DNA of 64,000 nt, taken from Mustelus asterias (lineage: Eukaryota). Positions 46,331-59,735 of the stretch are shown piece after piece (the stretch's first letter is position 1; each line of letters begins with the position of its first letter). Under the pieces are notes generated by a model. The model worked only from the letters and a program-made list of their open reading frames with translations. It did not search any database and was not told where the DNA came from. Made by a program: the position numbers and the translations under genes. Location of the stretch: NCBI RefSeq assembly GCF_964213995.1, contig NC_135808.1:6138001-6202000 (forward strand), written 5' to 3'.

Positions 46331-47338
46331 TCTTAGTGTCAACGTTGAATGATCGTCTAACCCCAGAAACAGAGACAGAGATGGCAAAATGACAGAGATG
46401 GACAATATGAAGGCGAGAGTCATAGAGATATACAGCATGGAAATAGGCCCTTTGGTCTCACTGGTCCATGCCGACCAGGTTTCCTAGATTGTACTAGTCT
46501 CATTTGCCTGTGTGGCCCATATCCCTCTGAAGCTTTCCTATCTATTTTCTATCCAAATTTATTTTACGTGTTTAATTGTGCCTGTCTCTGCCACCTCCTG
46601 GCAGCTCATTCCATATAAGTGCCACCCTCTGCATGACAAAGTTTCTCTCAGGTCCCTTTTAGATCTTTCCCCTCTCACTTTAAACCTATATGCTCTACTT
46701 TTGGACTCCCCTACCATGGGGAAATGACCTTGGTTGATCATTTCATCATGATTTCATAAACCTCTACAAGTCACCCCTCATCCTCCTACACTCCAGGGAA
46801 AATAATCCCAGCCTATCCAGCAAACCCAGAGTTTTTTATCCAGTGGCGCTATCTCTGCCATCCAAGTCCCCTTTCCAGATAGTCACTTGGAATTGACAGT
46901 AATGTGTCCCTATAGAACACTTAAATTTATTTCCTATGTTAGTGACACGTACACTCACTTTGCCAGGCCTATTTGTTTATACTCGCCCCCTCTGACCATT
47001 CGATATTCAGACTCGTTCTAAATTGTGTTATTAACCTGATATCTGTCATGTGCATCTTTGCTGCTTTGTATTATTCTCTATCTAATGCGAGATCGAGGGA
47101 GTTGAGGATTTGTTTGTCTCTATCTTTCCCCGTTGTGTGGATGTACCTTACCTATATCCACGCTGAGAGTTTGGTAAAGTTCATGTTGGCTAGGAGATCA
47201 CTTTATAATTCCTGGTGTTCAGAGAAAGTCTCCCACTTTCCATTTTTTATATCAACAATTGTTGTACTTATTATTCTGTGTCAGCATTGATTTGTAGGTC
47301 ATTAGAATGGTGGAGTTTTAGTACAGAGGTGGCCATGG

Positions 47339-47437
47339 TGAAACCAAAAGAGAAAATGCTGGAAAATCTCAGCAGGTCTGGCAGCATCAAAGGAGAGAAA
47401 AGAGCTGATGTTTCGAGTCCAGACAACCCTTTGTCAA
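47339..47437 (-). mobile_element. Short Penelope-derived repeat with 14-bp TSD and a variant hammerhead core
   Basis: AGAGGTGGCCATGG at 47325-47338 and 47438-47451; same family as 8866-9002. Confidence 0.72.
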
Positions 47438-47984
47438 AGAGGTGGCCATGGAGTTGGTTTGGACCTTCAATTTGAAATAATTGTGCCCGCAACGGAAGGG
47501 GAGATGTTCAATTGTAAGCTATGTTATTGCTGCAAGGGAGATTTAAAATAGCGTTGGTGTGATGGTACACTCTGTTTGACACCTACGTTAAAGTGTAGAC
47601 TCTGAGATGGGAACATTGAATAGTACTGTTCCCTGCATATTAGCAAAATTGATTTTCGCTGCTCCCTATTTGAAACTCTCCATAACCGTGAAAATTTTGT
47701 TCAGTTTCATACCCTGAGTTTTGCAATGTTTCTTATACTCGCTCCTTTTGATTTCAGTTCTAGCTAGTTCCCTTTATACCTTTTACTTTCCCCGATTATG
47801 TAACTGGCCGGGTCTCAGTCGGTTTCCTTTCTCATGTCCTTCCCTCTGGTGTTCAATCCCATCCCAGATCCTCTACTCCTATTCCTTGTTACCTTTAAAT
47901 TCTCAGCCACAGCCTGTGATTATTTTAGTGTTTTTACTTATTTCCGGTCCGGGGATTAGTTCACATATTTACTGTTCCAGAGAT

Positions 47985-48295
47985 TTGGGGAGGCAATGTC
48001 CTAGTGGTTTTATCGCAAGACTATTGGGTTCAAATCCAGCCACGACAGGTGCTGCAATTTGAATTCAATAAAACATATCTGGAATTAATGATCTTCTGAT
48101 GACCATGAGACCATTGTCGGTTGTCGGAAAAGCCCCCCTGGTTCACTAATGTCCTTTAGGGAAGGAAATCTGCCGTCCTAGTCTACATGCGACTCCAGAG
48201 CTACAGCAATGTGGTTGACTCTCAACTGTCCTCAGGCAATTAGGGATGGACAATGAAGGCTGGCCAGCGATGGCAATGTCCCACAAATGAATGAA
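47985..48295 (+). mobile_element. tRNA-derived SINE, third family (other copies 7200-7485 minus, 51025-51380 plus)
   Basis: B-box GGGTTCAAATCC, body CTGGTTCACTAATGTCCTTTAGGGAAGGAAATCTGCCGTCCT, tail shared with the LINE at 29340-29885. Confidence 0.72.
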
Positions 48296-48699
48296 AGACA
48301 TTTAGTTTTGAAAGAATCTCTGGAACACTTGCCACGAGTTTGTGTTTCACTGAACTGATTAAGCAGATAAATATTCTCACCACACCAGTTTTGCAGGTTA
48401 AATTTTTTAACTTTTGTTTAGGAGCGAGGATGAAAAGACTCGCAAGACTACTGATTAACATTTAACAAACGAATAAAACATTTATTAAACATAATAATGC
48501 ACTACTCAGTCACTCCAACTATACCTTTACAAGTATGTACAGATTCGTAAGGATAACACCAGTTACGAAATGTATATTATACTCAAATGTTCTCAGTAAG
48601 TACATGAATAGGCAAAATGTCACTAGACACCACCCACTCTGAAAATAAGTGACAGATGCCACCCGAAACAGCTTCTGTGGATTTCTCATCAAATCTACC

Positions 48700-49095
48700 T
48701 GGTGCGGAGAGGGGTGGGTCGGGATGATGACCTCCTCGTGAACCTGCTCCTGGGTCTGGCAAAACGTGCCATTTACCGGTCCAGGCAGTGGGCGATCGAG
48801 GGAGCCGTCCAACCTGACTGTCTGCCCCTCTACCGCGGCTACGTTCGCGGCCAGGTGTCCCTGGAGAGGGAGCATGCGGTGTCCACGGGCACGGTTGATA
48901 CCTTCCGCGCCCATTGGGCACCGCAGGGGTTGGGGTGCGTTATCGACCCTAATAATCACATTTTAATTTGATGTTTTTAAGTTTCCTTTGTACGTTGATT
49001 TTTGTTCGGGCTGTTCCCCCTCCTTTTGGGGAGCTGCCCCTATTACTTTGTCCAGACTTAATTTGAGTTTGTTTATTTGGTTTGACCTTAAAAGA
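48700..49095 (+). mobile_element. 3' end of an L1/Tx1-like LINE
   Basis: GC-rich ORF end DLLVNLLLGLAKRAIYRSRQ..FRAHWAP resembling Tx1 ORF2 C-termini, T-rich 3' UTR; family assignment from memory. Confidence 0.6.
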
Positions 49096-50073
49096 GGCCA
49101 AGATACTTGCCACAGTGTTAGCCAAGTAGTCTCACTGGAACTCTTTCTTCTACACAAGTGCTTCCAAACACCATTCTCGAGGACACTTTGAAATGTTCTC
49201 CCACAAAAAGCATTCTCTCAGATTCCTTCACCAAGGCTTTACATCCGGAATTTCAAGCTCTCCTTTCTGCATTATTCTGCTGAGGATCAATGCGTGCATT
49301 CAAGTTTCCACACAATCTTTCAGGTATCCAGCCATGCTAACAGAACATCATTGCTTCACTGTCCCTAAAGTGTCACAAACCTCAGGATTACTTCAGCTGT
49401 CTGGCTCCTAGCTACCAACTTCTCTCGGTCTGCACTTTGGAGCTCTGCCTTCAACTGTGAGCCCATCACTGCTCTTTTCTCTAACTTCAAGGAACTGTAC
49501 CGTTTTTCTGATTCTGGTTCTTTGATCCCTTGAATTTAGTCTTCCTGCAACTCCCCTTTCATTTCCTGGTTTCAGAACAGTTTTCTTCTTCAGCTTCCTG
49601 AACTTGTTTCTGTCCTTTCTTTATCCTCCTGCCTGTATTGGTCGTTTCTTTGAGAGCTGCTTTTTTCTCAGTTCTACGGTTTGAAAAGAAAACAACTGCT
49701 TCTACTTTAGACTGTGAGCCTGTGGTCGCGAGGTAACATTTTTTAAAGGTTGCAGTTTTTTTTATGCAGTACACATTTAATTACAGTGCAGGCAAAGTTT
49801 AAAGTGAAATTTAAAACTATAGATATGCAGGCTCCTTTGTTTAATATGAAGCTAAACTGAAGTTTTAATCTATCACAAATGGAGAAACACAAATTAAACT
49901 TAACTTTATGCTTTTTTAATAATGCACACAACATAAAAGTTTTTTTTCAACCAGCTCTATTAGCTAACATTATCAGCAACACAATATTGTTCGTCAGCTA
50001 CCTCCCGCCTGATGTTCAGATGGACTCTTATAGAGGAGACAGGCAGATGCTGTGAAATTATGGGATGGCTCTG

Positions 50074-50624
50074 CTAGTGACCTCTAACCCCACAGATTGT
50101 CAGTGGTGCTGCATTTTTCCCATCAGTATTCAGCCCCGGAAAGAAGATGGGAAAGATTCTCCCAGTGAAAGTTTGGGTGAAAGTATAAAGATGGAACATG
50201 TTGTCCGCATTGTAAAATGACACCTGTCCACCCTCATAGTCCAGGAAAACCCCAATTTTCTGCGCTTTCAAATTCTGGGTGAGGCAGGTCTCAGAGGGTG
50301 AGGTACCAGCTACACATCCTCTTCCTGACTTCAGCCATACAATCCAGCAGCCAGTCTCAGGCCTGAAGTTGATTTCCCCTTTCCTGTTGATAGATCCTCG
50401 AGCCGCTCCCAAACGCCACTCAGTTTTCCCTCCCACGATCACCTCCCAATAATGTTTCCCTGACGTGAAGCCCTCTGATCCCAGGACACAGGCACACTGA
50501 TCAAACCTTTCCGGGGTGCCTGGGAGTGGCTGCCGTTTGCTTCCGAGTTTCACGCTGGCCAGGTCTTTGGACAGGAGGAGCCAGGGATTCGCTGTGTTCG
50601 GATCCAAAAGCAGTGAGGCTGGAG
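50074..50624 (-). CDS. TRIM gene 3 terminal exon (PRY/SPRY), open frame
   Basis: ORF 50074-50607 [51 protein letters not shown]; acceptor TTTCCCCCAG. Confidence 0.88.
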
Positions 50625-53600
50625 CTGGGGGAAAGTTAAATTAGAACATTCAACGACTCACTTTCTTGCTGTGATTTCAGCAAACACTTGCCTTTTCAGA
50701 TTTCCCATTTGGGCTCTGGTTTGTACTGATGGATTTTTCCAGCATTCCAAGAGTTGCAGACGGAATTGGCAAAGGAAACAAATTCTCTTGCATACTCACT
50801 CAAAATCCCTACAATCATAATACTTCTTTCAAATCACGCCTTAAAATTCCCTGCTCCCAGCTCAGCAATCCTAGCTTCTCCAGCCTATGAACATAATTGA
50901 ATTCCCTAATTCCGAATAGTATCCTGATAAACCTCCATCCAGTCTCTCCAAAGTCTTGATGTCCTCTGTAAAGTATGGGCCCCAGGATTCTATAAGCTCA
51001 GGAATGTTGCAAATGTCCTTTCTCACTGAGCTATTAATGCCGAGAGCCAGGCTAATGTTACGGGACGCAGGTTCAAATCCCACTATGACAACTGGTGGGA
51101 ACTTAATTCAATTAAGACATTTTAGAATATAAAGCTAACGCTGTTAATTGTGATCGTGGAAATTATTACCAATTGACGCAAAAACCATCAGGTTCACCAA
51201 TGAATTTTATGGAAGGAAGCCTGCCATCCTTACCAGATCTGGCCTAGATGTGACTCTCACCCCCAGTTGACTCTAAACTGCCCTCTGAAATGGCCGAGCA
51301 AACCGCTCAGTTCAAGGGCAATTATGGATGGGCAACAAATGCTGGATTTGCCAGTGACACCCGCATTCCAGGAAAACAATACACCCCAAGTTAGTCCTTT
51401 TCACAATTATAAAGCCGGCACCAAAAGCACCATTACCTATACTTTGATTCCCGAACCCAGAATGTGCGCAGGAATTTCTGACAGAAACACCCCGTGTAGT
51501 CTGGAGTAACCAAGGTTGAAATTCAACTTGAGCGGTTGTGTCACATAAACAATATTGAATTACCAACTCGTATCAGCCTCTGTGTAACCTCCCCTACTTT
51601 CAGTGTAAATTAATATTCGGTTCAATGTAAAATTAACTATTGATTCAGTGTCTCCAATTTTCCGTTACCATCCAGGCTACTATCCTTATGCTCTCTCTCT
51701 CCACGCCCAGGTTTAAATGAACTCAAAGTCTTTGCGAGTGAATTACGTCTCAATATTGCTGAGGTATCGTTGCAAAAAGTCACAAACGGTAGCCTTGTTC
51801 ACATTCATGCCCAGTTGGCCATTGTGTATCATTTAGAAGGTATTGAGAGATTCTGTAATAAATCGGGTGTTGTTTCATTCATGTATACAAACCATTTATT
51901 GCATGAGAATCCAACGCACTTGTGGTCTTCCATCGTAGAATCATAGAATCCTACAGTGCAGAAGGATGCCATTGAGCCAATTGATTCTGCACGGCCTCTA
52001 TGAACGAGTATCTTACCCAACCCTCCAGGGGGACTTCCTGAGGTCGCAAAAAGCGTGCATGTAATTATTTTTCGATTTTGTAACACTTGGTCAAGAGGTG
52101 CATTGATTGTCCTCTCTACTGTTGGATATCTCTCAACTTTTCATCTCTCCTTGACCCTCATTCCATTTCCCTGCGCCCCACCTTCATCGCTAAACAGTTT
52201 CTGCACAGATTAGGAGTGGCCAGATATCCTGTCTCTCACCACCGCTCTCTCTCTGTCGTGCAAATACTTTCCCAAGCTCCAAATTCGTGAACAATTCACC
52301 AGCAATGTTGGACTGGAGCCCGACACCGAAAGCAGAATGAGCCTCTGATCTAATTCATTCACTGGCTCCCTGCTTGCCTCGTCCATAAATTAAAAAACTT
52401 AACATGTTTCACACCAGGCTGTCTTCTCAACCACCTTTTTCTAAGGTGGAGACTATGGCTGCTTTGCTGTCCATGCTCTGGCCCTGTTTAACCTACAGTT
52501 ATTTATCTTCATTCTGAATATTAGAAGCTTGCACAATCCACGTCGATATGCCTAACCCCTAACTTATCCAGTGTAAATGCTTCCGAATTCAAGACGGGAA
52601 GAGAGCAACAGTGACTGTTTATCCTGGAGTTTGGGAACAGGTTATACCCCTGCCATTTCGACTTATCAATTAGGATAACTAAAATAAAAGCTCACCGGGT
52701 TTAATGGATCTTATCATCTCTCTCCAAGTCCTGTACTGTAAAAGACCGTTGAACTTTATGATAGACAGGGCGCCACATGTTACTGATAATACTTGATGTT
52801 CCTCACAAACCCTGTCAATGCGAAACAGGTTATAAATTGACCATAAACAATTTTCTGTGATATTTTACCAACATGTTCAGACAATCTGAATAAAAGGACT
52901 ATCCTACCTGCTCTTCCGAGATGCTTCCTCCTGAAATGAAACACAGAGAGTGAGGAGGATAGTGACAGATTTCAGAGAGGGCTGCCCAGACACACAGAAG
53001 AAGAAAATTAATGAAGAGGAGAGTGAGTTGGTGTAATTCGGAAGAACAGTAAGGCGAGGTAAACCAAATGCAACAATTTTAATTTGGCAACACTCAATGG
53101 TTGCGGATCAGGTACAGAACAATAATTGGTAAAAGAAGTGTGATTTTTAGTTTACAATTGCTTGTGACGATCTGAAATTCACTGACTTATAGGATGGTGG
53201 ACGTAGATTTCACAGTATTTTCCCTGAAGAGAAAACGCGGGATATTGGTGGCAATTGCAACATCTTCCAAACTACTGATACTAGCACACTGAGTCAAACT
53301 GCCTCCTTTTGGGAATTTTAAATTGAAAAATCTGATTTGTGCGCCAGATTATGGAATTCAATATTAATCTCACTCGCAAGGACATGGACCCTCCTTGCGA
53401 ACATGCTACACCCACACATTCACTAACTCGACTTTAGCTGGATTGTGTTATCAGTTTTTGGAAAAAAAATGAATTGTGAATACAGAAACACGGTATAAAC
53501 TGTCTATAAAAGTCACCACAACTTAGTCCCTTGATACTTAGGGATTTTGTTGAGAGTATGGAACCGTTAACTCGATGAGAAAACAGAACGAACTCGGAAT

Positions 53601-54242
53601 AGACCAATCAATTTAATTCAACTTTTCAGAAAACTTGCATTTTTATGTCGAATTTGTCACCAGTTATTTGTTGACTGTGTGAAGTTTCCCTGAACTGAGC
53701 TGCAATATATTCCCTCACCTTCAGAAATATCAGCTCGTCTTTTTGCTTCAACTGTTTCCGCAACTTTGAGCGTTTCTCCTCAATAGAATTTAAATTCTCC
53801 TGAATTTTCCGAAGGTTTCTCTCCATTGGTTCTAGAATCCTCTCCTTTTCTTCCCTGAGATCTCTGAGTAAACGCTGCTCTTTCTCAGTGAGAATCTGGT
53901 GCATTTTAGAGAACTCGGATGTGATGTGGGTCTGTAGACTGCTCACTGTTCCTATCAAATGAAATGTGAAACATAATTAATGTCCCGCGATAAAGGGAAC
54001 AAAACTAACCGAGATCCCAGTAAATCAGCACAGGAAGCCCTTACCCTAACTTCAGAAATCTTCTGCCTCTGTTTCAGTTCCGTCTCGAGAACAGCCCATT
54101 TCTTCTCTACGAGAGAATCTAGGGAAGATATCAGCTGACTCTGCGATTTATACAGAAAATTGCAGAATAAACGTTTTTTTAAAATAAAAATATGGAACTG
54201 TGTCGCAATAGTCAGGTGATAAAATACCTTCCTTTTCGTTAC

Positions 54243-54650
54243 CTTGTAGATTTCAACAGCTTCTTTAATCGGTAGAAAGTTGTGAGATTTGTGTTCCCGC
54301 GAATCTCTGCAACTGTAGCAGAGCAATTTCTTGTCGGTTTCACAAAACAGCTTCAGTTCATCCTGATGATCCTCACAGCGAAGTTTACTCTCCTTCGCTT
54401 CCGGATTCAACCCTAATCGTCGAGCTTTTTCGGCCAGGTTCGCTAAGGCCCTATTAGCCTTCAGGTCTCTTGCCTGAAACTTCTCATTACATTCCGGACA
54501 GGAGTTTAGCTTATGTTCCCAACATTGGGTGATACAGGAACGGCAGAAGTTGTGCCCACAATCCAATATTACCGGATCGGTGAAGAAATCAAGGCAAACG
54601 GGACAAATTGTATCCTCTGTCCAACTCTCGCCCTGCTGTCCGGAAGCCAT
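54243..54650 (-). CDS. TRIM gene 3 coding exon 1 (RING + B-box)
   Basis: [51 protein letters not shown], donor AAG|GTAAC. Confidence 0.88.
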
Positions 54651-57596
54651 GTTCCCACTCAGCAGTTGCTGAGTCCTTCCGCTTTCGCTTTGACTATCAG
54701 TGCTGCAGAATGACTTCCGTTCAATGATTTCTCCATTAACTTCACCGCCCTATACTGGATAATATTGTTATTCTACGCCACTCCACGTCTTGCCTGTGAA
54801 CTTGCCTATATTAGGGGAAACGGTGAAAACATGGTCACAGTTTGGCAGTGGGTGAAGGATTGTCGGGGCGGGGAAAGGATGCTGAGATGGGCGGAGATGG
54901 AGATTGGGTTGCACTTTTCTTCAGTCCGAATTTGTTGACCACTAAAGATTCTCTGGTGAAAAGCACCGCGTGATCCTAAAACGCGAAGTTTCTCAAATTT
55001 CACTGAATTAATTAAAAGGGCAGATACCGAGAAAATCTTGAGAAAAAGTTGACCTGTGGGACTCATTTTTACCTACTGAAAAAAAAGACATTTCTGTCGC
55101 ACCCTACTCCACAGCGGCAATTTCGAATCCACTTAAAAACGTTTGAAGAAGTGTGTGATGTGAGGAAACATGTCTGCTCAGAATGCTTGCCTCGAATAGC
55201 AATGAAAAAAATGGACAGAATATCATCCCCAGGTGCTAGATAAGGATATTTGGGAACCAGGACGCCGGCATGATATTACCCTGTTCATGGTACAGTAAGA
55301 AGTCTGACAGCGCCAGGTTAAAGTCCAACAGGTTTATTTGGAATCACACAGAGCGCTGCTCCTTCATCACTCAGCCAATGCCTTCACTCCCTCTCTCAAT
55401 CCTGCACATGGGCAATAGTCTGCAACATGCACTGCAAAACTCTCCAAGGTTCATTCGTATCACCTTAGATATCCATCTATAAGCACTAAGGCCAGCAGAC
55501 GCATGGAAGACCACAATCTGTACGGCCTATCCAAGTCACATATTATCCCAAGTTGCAGACGTAAAGTAACTTACACACTTTTGATTAGTAAAAATTATGA
55601 ATTTCCTTTCGTTAGATCAATCACTAGTTTGTAGTCAATTTTACAATTCCTAAATGCGCACACTCCATGATGTATACCATAGCGGAACCTCCTCTGCTCA
55701 GCCTGTTGTTCCAGTGGTGACAAGGTGATAGGAGTGGAGATATCTTGCACATTCCGTGTAAAGGGCAGATATGTGAGTCTATCAAGCTATCATTCGCCTA
55801 TTCTCTAGGAGAGCTCTCCCACGCTGACCAGACCTGCTAAAAACAGTACATTTCCTTCCCTGGAGAACAGTCTGGTTGTTTCGTTGTCAGTATTGCCGAG
55901 AATAGTTCATTTCCCGATTGATTTTTTTTAAAAATTTAAATTTCCAACTACTGTGTAGAGAATTGAACTCATGATTCCAGAGCATATACTGAGTCTTTGG
56001 ATTACTATTCCAGGAGCATTTATCATGGCGCTGATAAGCAATCTCATTCGGGTCAGCCAGAGGGAACATCCTCTCAGCATCTATCCTGTGCAACCCTCGA
56101 AGAATTGTATATGCTTCTTCGACATCACTTCACGTTCTTCTATATAAATTCAACGTAATATTGACCAAAACCTTTTATAATTCTTTCACTTGATGTGGGA
56201 TGCGTTCACTAGATTAGTATTTCACATCTATTTCTAATTGACCTTGAGCAGGTGATAACCTTGTTGAAACACTATGGCCCATGTACTGAAGAAACAGCCA
56301 TAGTCCTTTGAGGGTTGAAGTGTCAAAATGTTGACCGGGGCAATGAAAGGAAGGTGATATAATTCCGAGTCAGGGTCGTGTGCAGCTTGCAGAACTTGAG
56401 AGCTGTGCCATTTCTAGGTTTCTGCTTGTCCTTCTAGATGGTAGAAGCTGTGGGGTTGGAAAGCAGTACCAAGGGAGTCTTGGTGAGTTGTTGCAGTGCA
56501 TCTTGTAGATGGTAGATAATGTTGTGATATGCAGTGTTTTGGCGCTGAAGGTAGCAAATGTTGAAAGTGATGGATGGGCTGCCGAACCAGCAGATTGCTT
56601 TGACCTGGACCATGCCGAGCTTCTGAGAATTGTTGAAGTTACACATGGCTAGGCAAATGGAGAGTATCCCATCACTTCCTGGCTTGTAGATTAGGGACAG
56701 GCATGAGGATTTAGGAGGTGATTTATTGTCCACGGAATTCTCAACATCTCATCTGTTTTCGAGGCTATCGTATTTATATAGGTGGTGTAGTTCAGTTTCT
56801 AATTACTAGTAACCCATAGGATGTTGATAGTGGGGGACAGAGTGACTGTAATATTATTGAATGTCAAGGGGAGAATTTTGAATTCTCTTTCTTGGATTGA
56901 CTCATGCCATGCTCAGCGGACGCTCCCAGAAATCAATCCAGTAAACATTCTGCAATGGAATAGTAGATGGTCAGCTCTGAGCTGCTCAAATCCCAAGGGA
57001 GAAAAAAAACAGCAGCCAGAACGGTTTTGCAATTTGTGCATTGTGAGGAGGTTATCTAAAATCAGTAACCTCCTGGACCAATTGTGATGCTTTTATGTTA
57101 ACGTGAAACATTTGTTAAAACAAAGAAACAGAAAATATGTATTTATACACAGGAAAACCTTGACAGAATTAACAGCATTTAAAGAAAAATCGAACAGTTA
57201 ATTGCTTAACTCACCCGGGGCTAAGCTGTTCTTTCTTTGGCTGCAGTCCTTATAGATTTTCTGCACTATACAATTCCTGCAAAAATAAAACTGCCTAATG
57301 GTTTTTAATGTGTTCTTTGAATGTGACAACAACCTGGCTTTCCAGTCGTTGGCTTGTCAACATTCTGTCTTCACTGAGATATTACCAGCCACCACCACAT
57401 GGACTTTTCTCACTGTTTTGTTAAATCTGCTTTCCTCCTTTGATCTTACCCTCTATTGTCCCCTACATTTTAAAAAATTCAGTTATGGAGAGTGGGTGTC
57501 GCTGCCTGGGCCAGTATTTATTGGACATCCCTACCTGCCCTTGATAAGGTGGTGGTGAGCTGAGAGAACGAGCTCCAGGATTTTGACCCAACAACA

Positions 57597-57930
57597 TGGG
57601 TGACACAGTGGCACAGTGGCTAGCCCTGCTGCCTCACAGTGCCAGGGACCTGGGTTCGATTCTGGGCTTGGGTCACTGTCTGTATGGAGTTTGCGCATTC
57701 TCCCAGTGTCTGCATGGGTTTCCTCTGGGTGGTCCAGTTTCCTCCCACAGTCCAAAGATGTGTGGGTTCAGTGCATTGGCCATGCTAAATTGCCCCTTAG
57801 CGTCAGGGGGACTAGCTAGGGTAAATGCATGGGGTTATGGGGATAGGACCTGGGTGGGATTGTGGTCGGTGCAGACTAAATGGGCCAAATGGCCTCCTTC
57901 TGCACTGTAGGATTTTATGATTCTATGAAC
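57597..57930 (+). mobile_element. HE1-type V-SINE nested in a minus-strand LINE fragment
   Basis: Complete head, V-domain and TATGATTCTATGA tail. Confidence 0.9.
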
Positions 57931-58717
57931 AATGAAAGAGCAGTGATTTATTTCCAAGTCACGATGGTGAGTGACTTGGACGGCAGCTCCAGGTGATGGT
58001 GTTTCCAGGTTTCTGTAAGTGATGGTCGTGCATGTGGAAGGTACTACCTAATGAATCTTGGTGAGTTGCTATAGTGCATCTTGTCGATGGTACATATGGC
58101 TGCCACTGTTCAATGGTGATGGAAGGATTGAAAGGTTGTGGAAGAGACAGCAATCAAGCGGACTGCTTTGTCCTGGATGGTGTGAAGCTTCTTGAGCGTT
58201 GTTGGAACTGCACTCCAGGCAAGTGGAGAGAATTCCATTATACTCCTGCCGTTTGGATGATGGGCAGGCTTTGTGGAGTCAGGAGGTGAGTTACTCGTGG
58301 CAGGATTCCTAGCCTTTAACCTGTTCTGGTAGCGATATATTTATATGGCCAGTCCAGTTTTGTTTCTGGTCAATGGTAAACCCCAGGATGTTGATAGTGG
58401 GGATTCAGCGAAGGTAATGCCAATAAATGTGAAGGGCAGTGGTTTGATTCTCTTCTGTTGGAGCTGGTCATTGCCTGATTCTTGTGTGGTGCAAATGTTA
58501 CCTGTATCTTACTTTAGAAGCTTCCTTTTCCCAAACGTGTTTATCCCATTTTCAACACCATGGCTGCAACATTTAAAAAGTAAACCAACACTATCAGTCT
58601 TAATCGCATTTTCAATCTCCCAATTGCACGTTCCCTTCTGAAGTATAATACCAATTCAAAGCGATCCCATCTTTTGCCTTATGTCAATTCTTGGGTAAAT
58701 TGGCCTGACACCCTTGG

Positions 58718-58995
58718 TTCATAGAAACCCTACAGTGCAGAATGAGGCCATTTGGCCCATCTGATTTGCACCGACTATCCGAAAGAGCATCTTATTCAGG
58801 CCCTATCCCCGTAAACCCACGTATTTACCTCGCGAATCCCCCTAACCTACACATCTTCAGACACTAATGGGCAATTTAGCATGGCCAATCCACATAACCT
58901 GCACATCTTTGGAGTGAGGAAGGAAACCAGACTGCCCGGAGGAAACCCAGGCAGTCATGGGGAGAATGTGAAAACTCCACACAGTCACCCAAGGC
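58718..58995 (-). mobile_element. HE1-type V-SINE, 5'-truncated
   Basis: Reverse-complement V-domain and tail. Confidence 0.85.
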
Positions 58996-59615
58996 CGCAG
59001 GAGGAATGCTGTCCAGGACACTGGGACAACTCCCCTGCTCCTCTTTACCTTGGCATCAGGAACACCCACTTGAGAGCAGCTTCGGTTTAATATTTCACCC
59101 AAAAGACTGACCTAATGGTAGAAAGGCTGGAATAGGAGTGGGTCATTCAGCTGTTTGAACTATTCCCGCCTTCCAGTTAGATCATGACTGATCTGTACCT
59201 CAAGTAATTTTATCCCCCACCCCGCCCCAGCACCTCCACACCCACACACATATTCACATATCTGCATGGGAAAACGCCAACTGTCCCAATATCTACAACG
59301 TTCTGGGAAGGAAAATTGATCTTTTCTCAGAGCTTTATAGCGAGAACGTGCTTTCACCCCAGAATGACAATGCTGCTGTTGGGTGGGAGTATTTTTCAAA
59401 TCATGTAGAATTCCGTTCAACTGGGAGATTTTTGACAATGACAGAAATTTCCCAGGTTTCCTCCCGTTAAGAACTTCTGTGGGCTGTGTAACATGAGGTT
59501 TTCCTTCCGCTGCGGAACACAGAGGTTCTTAGCACTCAGACACAAATAATAAAAATACGCCTGGATGTTTCCTATTGCGAAACAAGTGAAACATTTTGCA
59601 AGACAGTATTACAAT

Positions 59616-59735
59616 GGACGGAATTTTACCGGCATGTCCACTCAAGGTTCCGACGATCCAGCCGGAGACCAACGAGAATGCCGTTTTCCTCGCCTCACCC
59701 GCCCTTGGGGCGGGCGTGTCGGTAAAATTCCGGCC
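59616..59735. mobile_element. 120-bp MITE with 19-bp TIRs and 3-bp TSD (PIF/Harbinger-like)
   Basis: GGACGGAATTTTACCGGCA ... TGTCGGTAAAATTCCGGCC (2 mismatches), AAT on both sides. Confidence 0.78.

Larger units (their letters stand above)
50074..54650 (-). pseudogene. TRIM gene 3 (same family), 6 exons, frameshifted by a 1-bp deletion in exon 3; probable pseudogene, null allele or assembly indel
   Basis: Exons (minus) 54650-54243, 54140-54045, 53951-53719, 52930-52908, 52811-52696, 50624-50074. Exon 3 is 233 nt instead of 234 and starts GAA CAG TGA where the paralogs read GAA CAG TCG AGC. All other exons and splice sites are intact. Confidence 0.8.

Noticed and set aside
48330-49740. Solo LTR around the Tx1-like fragment
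   Set aside because: TG..CA-like ends and composition are suggestive, but no TSD, PBS or second copy could be confirmed
54675-54700. ISRE near TRIM start codons
   Set aside because: Only partial GAAANNGAAA matches (CAAAGCGAAAGCGGAAG), not shared by the paralogs
55289-55370. Hammerhead in a short Penelope repeat fragment
   Set aside because: GAAA and the cleavage triplet are deleted and C3 is lost
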